Below, one piece after another: positions 27,462-38,023 of a stretch of DNA of 64,000 nucleotides. A program made the translations under genes and the position numbers. Under the pieces are notes generated by a model, which saw nothing but the letters and a program-made list of their open reading frames with translations, was not told the origin of the DNA and made no database searches. The stretch spans positions 106,022,001 to 106,086,000 of the forward strand of contig NC_058368.1 in the NCBI RefSeq assembly GCF_018350175.1. The letters run 5' to 3'. The stretch's first letter is position 1. Each line of letters begins with the position of its first letter. Origin of the DNA: Felis catus. Taxonomy: Eukaryota.

Positions 27462-28485
27462 AAGGTGACTTCTTAATAGCAGCAAAGGCATATAACAGAA
27501 TAATGCGTTCAAAATTATAAAAGAAAATAGCCATCCACCTAGAATGGCACACCCAGAAAAATATTTTTAGAAATGTGCCAGATAAAGGCATTTTTAACAA
27601 AATAAAGAATAAACAAATAACTCTCACACTCCAATGACTCTTTGCTAAAAGTTCTTCTAAGGAACTTCAAGGAAGAAAAAAGGGATCCCAGAAGAAAGGT
27701 CTGAGATGTAGGAAACAAGGCTGAACAAAGCAAATGGTACACAAAAGAGTAAATCTGAAAAAATATGGGCTGTTTAAGGATATGAAAACAATTTCTTAAT
27801 CATTGTGGGATAAAATTCTGGATAGCAATGGTGTATAATTACAAATGAGGTGCTAGGAGTTAAAGCATTTTGAAATCCTTTTACTCTTTGACAGGAGGGT
27901 AAAACGTTGCTTTATGTTCCAATATGAAAAGGTAAGTATGCAGGTTAAAGATGCAAGGTCAAATTTCTCAGGCAACCTAGAGAACACTCTTCAGTGTGTA
28001 GAAAATGGGAAATAGGAAGAGACAAGAGAGTACCTGATTGCTTGTGGTAAAATCAACCCTCTGCAAGACCCGAAAACAGACCATCCCTCTAGAAGCCATT
28101 GTTGTAAGGGGCCAGACACTGCTTGCACTTTTGAGTGACATCACCTGGGAGGACTCTGTGCCTCCGCAAGCATGAGTCGCCAGCAAGAACTGACCGCCTC
28201 TGGACCCTCAACACTTGTAGCATCTGTATCACAGCCTGTCTGCTTTAGGATCATTGGACCTAAAGTTTCAGCTCTGTTCATGTCAGTCACCACAAAAAGC
28301 AAGAATTCAAAGGCCATCCCCATCCACCAGATTCTGATTCCCATATGACTTTGTAGATTTCCTTTTCTGATTACTTCTTGTTTTCTGTAGCCTTCCCCCT
28401 CTTCTACGAACTTTCCCCTCACATTCTGGCTTTAATTAAAACCTGGATATCCTTTGGTGATCTTGCATTTTCTTCAGTCATCTTC

Positions 28486-29339
28486 TTTTTCTTTCTTTTT
28501 TTTTTCTGATGGAGAATTTATGTATTTTTTTTAATTTTTTTTATTTTTTATTATGAAATTTATTGTCAACTTGGTTTCCATACAACACCCAGTGCTCATC
28601 CCAACAGGTGCCCTCCTCAATACCCATCACCCACCCACCCTGCCCTCCCACCCCCCATAAACCCTCAGTTTGTTCTCAGTTTTTAGGAATCTCTTATGTT
28701 TTGGCTCCCTCCCTCTCTAACCATTTTTTTTTCTTCCCCTCCCCCATGGTCTTCTGTTAAGTTTCTCAGGATCCACATAGGAGTTAAAACATGGAATCTG
28801 TCCTTCTCTGTATGACTTATTTCACTTAGCATAACACTCTCCAGTTCCATCCACGTTGCCGCAAAAGGCCATATTTCATTCTTTCTCGTTGCCACGTAGT
28901 ATTCCATTGTGTATATAAACCACAATTTCTTTATCCATTTGTCATTTGATGGACATTTAGGTCTTTACATAATTTAGCTATTGTTGAGAGTGCTGCTATA
29001 AACATTGGGGTACGAGTGCCCCCATGCATCAGCACTCCTGTATCCCTTGGGTAAATTCCTAGCAGTGCTACTTCTGGGTCATAGGGTAGGTCTATTTTTA
29101 ATTTTTTGAGGAACCTCCACACCGTTTTCCAGAACGGCTGCACCAATTTGCATTCCCACCAACAGTGCAAGAGGGTTCCCGTTTCTCCACATCCTCTCCA
29201 GCATCTATAGTCTCCTGTTTTGTTCATTTTAGCCACTCTGACCGGCATAAGGTGGTATCTGAGTGTGGTTTTGATTTGTATTTTCCTGATGAGGAGCGAC
29301 GTTGAGCATCTTTTCATGTGCCTGTTGGCCATCTGGATG
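28486..29339 (-). mobile_element. 5'-truncated felid L1 with double polyA tail, inserted in an L2 relic
   Basis: ORF 28931-29356 gives the ORF2 Cys-rich region ([23 protein letters not shown]); TSD tcttcagtcat(c/t)ttc at 28471 and 29340. Confidence 0.97.
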
Positions 29340-29853
29340 TCTTCAGTCATTTTCAAGGATAGACAAAAATTTTATTTCCATGCTCTCTATTATCACTGAA
29401 CCTGGAGGTCAGTAGGTAGCTTCTTAGATCATCACTGATACTTCCAGACCATTCTTTATTCCTCATCTGCAAACCCCCTGTATTTTTGAATCACAGGCCA
29501 TCACTTTAAATTGTTTACTACTTGAACCAAGTGCAGTTGTCTACTGTTCCTTTTGTAAGGACATATCTGTTCATTCCTGGAGAATTTTAGCTCCCGGCTC
29601 ACTGTCTACAGTTCCTATAAATGTAAAGAAAATCTCAGTGGCTTATTTTTGATTCATAGTTAATTGGAAGATGGTGGAGAAGAGGGAGACCCTGCTCCAT
29701 GTGAGCATGGAAGTATTCAGGCTGATGGTGGCTCTGCCACCACCTGACTTCCAAGGTTATGTTCATGGTCAAAATCTTAGTGGCTGGTGGAAAAGAGAAA
29801 GAATAGTGTGAGGTCTAAATGGGGTATTTGTCTGATCAGATGCGGTCTGCAAA

Positions 29854-30204
29854 TGTGGGGCAATGATCAGGTGGAAGCTGGCAGTGCCGGGCGTGGGGCA
29901 TGAACTATTTAACATGAGGCAGAACAAAGGAGATGGAAGTTTATTGAATACGCTGCAAGGGAGCGGCAGGCAGGACAGCAAGAGAGAGGCTGTCTGCAAT
30001 AAGGTAGTGAGTTGGGGCTGTTTTTAAAGGGGAAAGATGAAGAGGTATGGTGACATATGGAATCTTCCCTTTTTTGGTAACTCTGCCTAACTAGGTAAGT
30101 AGCTCATTGGTCAGTTAGGGCTTATGGGTATTTGAGGTGGGTTGCCTGATGGGCCTGTCTGTATTCCATCACTCAAGGCCATTTGCCTAAAAGCAGCCTT
30201 TACA
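29854..30204 (-). mobile_element. Solo LTR (probably carnivore ERV1 class)
   Basis: TG...CA termini; minus-strand AATAAA near 29940-29945, TATA-like tract near 30021-30028 and CCAAT near 30106-30110; TSD not clean. Confidence 0.7.
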
Positions 30205-30519
30205 AATAAAATCATGGAAAAAGTTTTTCTGAGGCAGACAAGGGGAGGGGGGCAGAAAGGTGGTCTGGTTGAGAATGCCCAGGAGGAAAGAAATGAGTTA
30301 GTGAATAGGTAACTAGTCTCTTCTGGTTTTGTTCTTCCCCCACACTCATCCTCCTGAAAGGAGGTAACCCCAAGTCCCATTCATTTACTGTATCCTTACA
30401 AAGGTCGGGATCTCTAGGTACTGTTGTGCAGAGCACTATTCATCAGGTTTACACATGGCTCCTGAGACCTATAAAAGAAAGACAGATTTATGGGACCTAA
30501 CCCTTCCAATCCATCCCCC

Positions 30520-30520
<1 letters not shown>

Positions 30521-30578
<58 letters not shown>
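30521..30578. repeat. (AC)~29 microsatellite
   Basis: Directly visible. Confidence 0.97.
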
Positions 30579-30580
<2 letters not shown>

Positions 30581-32143
30581 CACAATGGTGGAGCAGAGAC
30601 TAGATCATTACAATTCCCATTTCCACTTTGAAAAGGGAAATTCGTAACAATGATAAAAGCCTGAGGGGTAAGCATTGTCAAAGCCTTCTGACCCGGGTGA
30701 ATGGACTTTCTTGATGAGACCTACTTCTGCTCTGTGGAAAGAACGCTTTTGTTCCTAGTGCTTTGTGACCTCTACTTCCACTTTCTGGGAGGTTTGTCCT
30801 TGCCTATTATCTTCCATGGCCACAACTGAAGTGGATTTAGGGGAGTATGACTTCTGGGGCTATAAAGCTTTTGTAGCCCACTCCATTCTGGCACAAATTT
30901 GGGACCCAAGGGATTGTTTCGTGGCCCAGACATTTAAAGCCTTTTTCAGTTGAGGCTTGTTGTTTCTTTGTCAATACAATTCCCTTGAAAATTTAGTAGG
31001 CTTTGCATTGATTTGCTTTCATTAGTTTTATGTGTCCATAAACACACCCACATCCTCCCCAGGACAGAGTGCATAAGGCTGGTGTCTTTGCTTCCTTGCC
31101 TCCAGGCCCCCCTCTCTCTCAACAGAATAGCACCAACTGTGAAGCTGTTAGTTTTAGAGGGAAGGCCACACCTTAATCTGATCATTGCCACAGGGCTGGG
31201 TTTTAATGGGGCTTTATGGTTTAGGGGTTTTTCCTTTTAGTTCTTGTGTTTGGAGTTGGTAGCAGTGAGCTTTGCAAGCAGTTTGAGGCCTCAAATCTTT
31301 ATTCCCTTTTGTTACTGCTTCTAAACAGCCAGTTCTTGTCTAAGATTATTTCTTCCTTATGAAATACTGCTACACACGACTACTCAAAGTCAACACATAC
31401 TTCTAACATTTTTCTGACCTTCTCACCCAGAGCCAAAGGTTCAGAGGTAGTTGATTGGTTTACAAGTACTAGAAGATGTAAGTTATTCAGATGTTTTGTC
31501 CCTGCATCGTGAGGGTCTATATCTTTCTGTTGTGCAACATACATCATTGTTGCTTGCCCATTAAACAGATGCCATGTTTCTACTGTGATCTGGACCCATT
31601 CTGGCTCTGACATCATCTTTCACTACATCCCCCATAACTGATCATACTCCAGCCACTGTGGCCACCTTGTGCTTCTCATGCCCCAGATATTCTCCCAGAG
31701 TTAGAGCATTTGCATTTGCTATTATCGGTCTGGGTTTAGAATGCTCTTCCCTGGATATGCATGTGCTAGGACCCTCTTGCAGTTCTTAACTCAAAAGTTA
31801 ACTTTTTTGGTGGGGCTTTCCATAGTCAGTCTCCTACCAATTCATCAAAGCATTATTTTATTTCTCATTTTATCCACAATTTTGCCTCGTGTGACACCTT
31901 CAAACTGGCCCCTGTGTGTTTTGGTATCTGCCCTGGTTTTGGAAAGCTTCTTCGTTACTGGCACAAAAATGTGTCCCAGGCTCACATTATTTCTTTATCC
32001 CAGCTTTGAAATTAATATTTTTCCAAAGAGCCTGGTCTTTTACAGGATGAAAATAGAGATTTAAATCTGGATGCTATGGGTACTCATTGCTACTGAGCTG
32101 ACATTGCATTTTGGCTATCAGTAGATAATTAATTTCAATTTTA

Positions 32144-32377
32144 TTTATTTTTATTTTTTTTTTTAATTTTTTTTCAACGTTTATTTATTTTTGGGACAGA
32201 GAGAGACAGAGCATGAACGGGGGAGGGGCAGAGAGAGAGGGAGACACAGAATCGGAAACAGGCTCCAGGCTCTGAGCCATCAGCCCAGAGCCTGACGCGG
32301 GGCTCGAACTCCCGGACCGCAAGATCATGACCTGGGTGAAGTCGGACGCTTAACCGACTGCGCCACCCGGGCGCCCC
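32144..32377 (-). mobile_element. Young SINEC_Fc-type SINE
   Basis: TSD aatttcaatttta. Confidence 0.97.
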
Positions 32378-32633
32378 AATTTCAATTTTAGAAAATTATT
32401 TTATAATTAGTTTATAATCGTTTGGGTAATAGTGCATTTTCATGATTCACAAGTTAAAATTATATACAAATATATACACATGCTTCCACTTCTGCTCCCT
32501 CCACCCTATTCTCCTGCCCTCTATAGATAAACTACAGATATTGATTAGTTTCTTTATGTCATACTTATCCCTTTTCTATATTATTTTGTAACTATCCCCA
32601 TATAATATTTTATTAGTTTGTTTTTTATCCTTC

Positions 32634-32742
32634 TGTTGGGAAAATGAATAAAGTTTTACACCATAAGATAGCCGACAGGACTAAAACAAGCTCCGGTCTC
32701 TAGCTTGGAGACCCCTCTTCTGGGTTCTTCTTGCCCTGTTTG
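32634..32742 (+). repeat. Truncated 5' LTR (U3 start only)
   Basis: Aligns without gaps to 37311-37419, 14 mismatches in 109 nt by hand count. Confidence 0.92.
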
Positions 32743-32749
32743 TTTGTGT

Positions 32750-33599
32750 GTTTGGTGTAGGAGGGCCCTCTGAGGGAACCTTGGATGTTCTAATGGTCCT
32801 CTGCATGTGGCATGTTGTCTCCAGAGACCCAGGTCACCCTGATCAATTTCCATACATCGACTCCTGACTTGAAATTGCCCGAAATCCTCTGCCTTGGGTG
32901 CAATTCATCCATAGCAAGCAGAGCCAGGTGAAGGTTTTAGCCGCTTTATATGGAGACTCACCCAGGGAGCCAAAGAAGCAACCCACTGCTCCCCTAGTGC
33001 TTGCAGGAGACCCAGAGAAAGATCCCATCTTTCTCTCACCTTACGACTCACCAGGCTCCCTCCTCCCTGCCCCTGAGCTTCAGACTCCTCCCCTGTCTCT
33101 CCTCCTCCACTGCCTCCCTCTGCTCCTGCCATCTCTCCTCCCCTCCTGGACCTGGAGAACACCCCGCCTCCCCCGCCAAGGACCAGAGGCCAGATTGTGC
33201 CCTTGACCAGGTGCAGGTACTCTCCAGATGCCAGTCCACATCTGCCTGTATCAAGAGGCTCTCCTCCGGGAGATCAGAGCAGGGGCTGAGAAGCCTGTGA
33301 ATATGCCCAGCAGCAAGGGGATTCCCCCCGGGGATTATTACAAGAGGCAATGCGAGGCTTACACCCTGTTTGTTCCAGAGGCGCAAGAGAGCAATAACAA
33401 AAGGATGGGGAAGGTCTAGCCGCCAAAAGGGTGGAGGCCCAGAACCTCCTTAGCAAGGAGTCAGTGAGCCTACTGCAAGGAGAAAGGACATTAAGAGAAT
33501 AAATGTCCCAACCCCGGAAAGTCCCAGAAACCCAGCCGATACCAGGAGGAACCTCGAGAAGGGGACCTTATTGGTCTGGCCAAGGTAAAATCAGACTGA
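32750..33599 (+). pseudogene. gag: ERV gag relic (partial MA, Pro-rich spacer, partial CA, NC)
   Basis: FGVGGPSEGT...GHPDQFPYIDS*L...PLPWV (MA); PTAP; LQMP...YQEALLREIRAGAEKPVNM...KRQCEAY (CA/MHR); Q*AYCKEKGH*ENKCP (CCHC knuckle, 33462-33509); ends SD* at 33597-33599. Confidence 0.92.
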
Positions 33600-36450
33600 A
33601 GGGGACACTGACTCTCCCTCTTCCTCTGCCTAATAGATGTGAGGGGTTCTCCCTCATTTCCCAGGGTAACAGCTATAATTGGAGCCAACTGTGGTTAGTT
33701 TACCTCAGGATGGGGACTTTAACGAATGTTCCCAAGCAGTTGCTGAAATTCCATTTGTTTCCCCATCTTCTCTGGCCTGATGTGGACTCCATATTTCCAC
33801 TTTGGTGGAAAAAAACATGACGTCTGCTTCTCTGTCTGAGTTAAGGTTTTGAATTATGTTTTCCTTCTCTGCCTTCTACTGGCACCTTGGCTTTTCTGCC
33901 TTCCCCTCCCCCTGCTGTTTCTGCACCAACTTGGTTGTGGTGTCCATAACTGGTTCCTATACCCTCCTTGGTGCCTCAGGCACCATTGGTTCCTCCTCCC
34001 ATCCTCAAGTTCAAGGAGTAAAGTGCACCTCCTTGGACATCTAGATCTTTTCCAAATAGAATGAATTGCTAAAGCTTTGATTACTGAACATAGGTTTATG
34101 TTTTTAACTTCTTAGTGCAGAGAAATTAAGGCTATTTGGACCTATTGGAAACCATGCTTTGTACTTAATTGGTTCATGAATTTACTATCTAAAAAAATTC
34201 TGGTGTAAACACCTCTCAGTTGGTTACTAAGTCCTCATTTGGAGACTAAGGTTTCCGAAGAGTTAAAATTCTGCTAAGTGTGCTTAAGACTGATGGAAAT
34301 AAGGAAAGCAACCCTGTATGTAGGAAAGTGGGATGTGTGTAAGAAAGATACAAGGAATGGAAATACATTTTTGTTGAGGGTAGAAGAAAGTAATTTTGTT
34401 CTAAATGAGACTGGTAATTTGGAGAGAAATGGCTTTGGGACAAAGTTTGAAGGCAAAGGGAAGTTGTAGAAGGTTCATGAAGGGAAATCTTTGGAAAGGA
34501 ATTTTATGTGTGCTCAGGATAGACTAAGGTTGAGATGAATGGAATTTTAAAATTACACTGGTATAAGGTTGAAATTCCACTTTTCTCTCTGCTCAAATGA
34601 CAAAGTTTTCTTGGACTGTTGATCTGCTCTTGATAAGACAATGCAAACAAAGGTTTGTCTTCCAGGAAAACCAAAGTTTTAGGTTTCATCTTTATCAGGT
34701 CTTTGATTACTTAGTTAAAACTTCTCAGTGTTAAAGGAGCTAGGTTTTGATAACAACTGTATAATGCTATACCATTCACCTTTGGGATCTTTTATTGCCA
34801 CTTCGGTTGAATAAATAAAATTGTAAGATTTGTAATAATCTGTAATCCTATTTAGGATGCACTTATGACTTCTGGGGTTTTAACAAACTTCTCAGGATTT
34901 AAATGGTAAATGAAGTCTTTCTGAACAGTTAGGCCCTTTTATTTAGGATGCTAAGTTACTTGGAAAAGCCCTGTCGTACAATGGTAAACCTTAGGTTGCA
35001 TTGCACAGGTAAATGTTGTAACTGCCCAGATATATATGTAATTCCTAAAGTTTTAATGTTTTGGTATAAGATCATCACTTAATATTCTGACTACTTGAAG
35101 TGTTATGTGTCACAGAAATAACTGAATTTGTCAATTGCATCATAATGAACTCTATTCAGATCTTTAACAGTATCTATTTCTGAGATTTTTGTCATTTGTA
35201 ATTGTTCTTATTCTCTCACAAAATGTGTTTCTTCTTCAAGGAGATTTATAAAAAGGACTTTGGGGACAAATATAGGTATTCAACATCTTTAAGATTAATA
35301 CTAAAATGGGTAAGAATTTCCAGAACTAAAAAGCTGCATTCAAATTGAACAAGAATTAGGAACTTGGGATCAAATGAACTGAGGAAGATTATAGTTTTGT
35401 GATTCTTGTTGAAAATATTGCTGATTCTCTAATGTTTGCTCTTTCAGATTAAGGAAACTTTGTCTTAAGATATCTATGATATACAGAAATGTCATAAAGT
35501 ATTCATTTATAAACTGAAGCATTTATCTTTTCTCTCTACATAACTCCCCTGCAATTCAAAAACTCTCAGTGAGTATTCTTTCTTTCACGGCAATTACAAT
35601 TGTTTGCATAAGTTCAATGAAAATCTGTTCATCTTGTAACAGGTCACCATTGGACATACTGGTTATTTTACCAAGGCTTTGACTGGACTGTCATATTTGA
35701 GAGTGACATTTATAGACTCAGACATGACCAGACAGCTTTAAGGAACTAAGGTTGGCTTTATAAAACATGGAGCCATAAAGCCTCTTGGAAATGTTGGCCT
35801 GATACCTTGCTTACAGAGTTCCCAGCAGCCTCACCAGGTGAGTAAAGAAGGTCACTTCCTGGCAGGTGCAGGAACCTCAGGGTATCTTGGGGATCTCATG
35901 AAGAAGAATTTGCCCAATTCTACAGGTATTGCAGGCTTGTCTGATGGCAAGTATTTGGCTTGGCTTCTGGCCTGGAGAGGCTACTAAAAGTTCAACCTGG
36001 AGATTCCTTATAAAAGGTTCCAGCAAAGCAAACTTTAAAAGATCCTCATGATCAATCGCTATTCTTGCTGAGCTTATGTAAATAATTAGGCCAGGTTTGT
36101 TAAGACTGGACTTATTCTACAAAGGCATTGGTCTCAGTTTGGCTATCTCTGGAAAGGGGGGTTTTTAGAGAGAAAAACTGTGTTTCAACAATGCACCGTT
36201 ATGGATGTTAAATTCTGGTTATGATTGTCTTTAAATGTTTGTTGTTTGCCTAAACTAGACAACTTGAGGTAAACTTCAGAAAATTGTCACAGTATTTCAT
36301 GTATAGGCAGACTTCTGTTCTTGTTATTCTGTGGGGATAATAATTAAACCCCGTGGGCATATGATTATTTAAACAACTGTAAAACAGGATGGATCTCTAA
36401 ATATGCAAACCATGTCTTCCCTAAACCTGACTTGACAGTTACCAGAAACC

Positions 36451-36706
36451 CCCCCTTTCGAAGACTTTGAGGTAGACTTTACAGATATACAACCAAATAG
36501 AGGATTCCGTTTCAGGTATCACCCCATGGGTCCATCGCTCCAGAGTTAAGGAGGCCAACTCAGAGGAACCCTCAACCTGGTGAAGTGATCCAGATCCAGT
36601 CAACCCGCTTAAACTGACCCTCAAAAAGACACTGGCCCTTGAGATCTCTAGCCCTGCTCCAGCCACACCCCGGAAGCTGGCTGGTCTGCACACGGCAGAA
36701 GCTTGA
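36451..36706 (+). pseudogene. pol: ERV integrase fragments (core start fused to C-terminus)
   Basis: PFEDFEVDFTDIQPNRGF, then after a frame change SGITPWVHRSRVK...W*...NPLKLTL. Confidence 0.88.
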
Positions 36707-36740
36707 GGAATCAATGTGTGGACTGAGCCCAGGGGTTCGG

Positions 36741-37276
36741 ATGCAACTCTACCAGCCCTTGTCCCTTACTGGTGTCATAGCCCTGATCTTGCTTCTTGCT
36801 GTTGGGCTGATAGAGACTGCACCAACAAGCTGGACATGGGACAGATGGCAGAATCCCTGGTAATCTTACAAAGCCAGATAAACTCCCTGGTAGCAGTGTC
36901 CCTCTGAAATAGGTGAGCCCTCGACCTCCTCACTTCAGAAAAAGGAAGGATGTGTATCTTTCTGGGGGAGGAATGTTGCTATTTTGTAAACCAGTCAGGA
37001 ATAGTCAGGACTAAGGCTAAGGAACTCAAGGAAAGAATTCAACGTAGACAACAAAAAAATATCAGTCAGTGGAGAGGATGGGATCTCACAGACTGGGCAT
37101 CCTGGCTCCCGGCCCTGGCAGGTCCCCTCCTTTCCATAATTTTACTTGTGACCATCAGCCCCTGTATACTAAATACCCTGGTACATTTTATTGAAAACAC
37201 TGTTGCTCGCCAAACTGCAGTACTTATCTTAGCCCTCTGAGGGTACAAATACCTAGAGCTAAAAAGCGATGCCTAA
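36741..37276 (+). pseudogene. env: ERV env relic: signal-like hydrophobic leader joined to TM subunit, SU missing
   Basis: MQLYQPLSLTGVIALILLLAVGL; then SLVILQSQINSLVAVSL*NR*ALDLLTSEKGRMCIFLGEECCYFVNQSGIV (ISD and CX6CC), anchor LAGPLLSIILLVTISPCIL, tail ILAL*GYKYLELKSDA*. Confidence 0.93.
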
Positions 37277-37310
37277 TAAAAGATTTTTAAAAAGGCATCG
37301 AAGGGGGGAA

Positions 37311-37610
37311 TGTTGGGAAAACGAATAAAATTTTACACCATAAGATGGCTGGAGGGACTAAAACAAGCTCTGGTCTCTGGCTTAGAGACACCTCTTCCGG
37401 TTTCTTCTTGCCCTATTTGCCTCACGGGCGAAACCCCTCCACAGTTATGGAAGCTGACAACTATAAATTACCCTTGCCCCTTTTGTTCAGTGCTCAGCAC
37501 TCAGAAACAGTCTCCTGTGAGGCCGCTGGTGTTAAATAAATCTCCGATCCACCAAGATCTCAGAGTGCTTCCTGGTTTTTCCACCAGTGTTCCAGCCTGG
37601 TTCCGTAACA
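37311..37610 (+). repeat. Complete 300-bp 3' LTR
   Basis: TG...CA termini, TATAAA near 37462, AATAAA near 37535, preceded by the PPT. Confidence 0.93.
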
Positions 37611-37785
37611 CTTCCATTGTTTCATTTTGCAAGCACACATATGTACACATTTTTCCTCTTCCTTACACAAAATATGACATAGGATCGACACTCCTCTGCA
37701 CTTAGATATATTTGCTTAAAAGTGTGTGTAGACATTCTTTCCACATGGGTTATAGAGGGCTCCTTTTTAAAAACTGCATACTGTT

Positions 37786-38023
37786 GGGACACCTGGGTGT
37801 TCAGTCAGTTGAGGATCTGACTCTTGATTTCAGCTCAGGTCATAATCCCTATGTTGGGCTCCGTGTTGACCCCCATAGGGCCAAAGCCCCATGTTGGGCT
37901 CCATGTTGAGTGTGGAGCCTGTTTGGGATTCTCTCTCTTTCTCTCCCTCTGCCCCTCTCCCCACTCATGCTCTCTGTCTCAATCTCTAAAATAAAAAAAA
38001 AAATTAAAAATTAAAAACAAAAC
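37786..38023 (+). mobile_element. CanSINE
   Basis: TSD aaaactgcat. Confidence 0.9.

Larger units (their letters stand above)
23800..27960 (+). mobile_element. Ancient L1M/HAL1-like 5'/ORF1 region, fragmented by younger insertions
   Basis: ORF1-like relics (cacagattccagaagcccaac; ccacctagaatggcacacccagaaaa resembling QPRILYPAK); boundaries approximate. Confidence 0.55.
29620..31600. mobile_element. MaLR (MLT1-type) LTR plus internal sequence, interrupted by a younger LTR
   Basis: MLT1-like motifs (caggctgatggtggctctgcc; tgcccaggaggaaagaaatgag) followed by MLT1-int-like sequence; boundaries approximate. Confidence 0.55.
32634..37610 (+). mobile_element. Internally deleted class-I (gamma-like) endogenous retrovirus
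   Basis: Two related LTR starts (tgttgggaaaa), 4-bp TSD CTTC (32630-32633 and 37611-37614), gag/IN/env relics in order, PPT aaggggggaa at 37301-37310; sits inside an older antisense L1. Confidence 0.95.

Noticed and set aside
36950..37240. 96-aa env ORF as a functional syncytin
   Set aside because: It starts after the stop-interrupted ISD and lacks SU, the furin site, the fusion peptide and an in-frame signal peptide.
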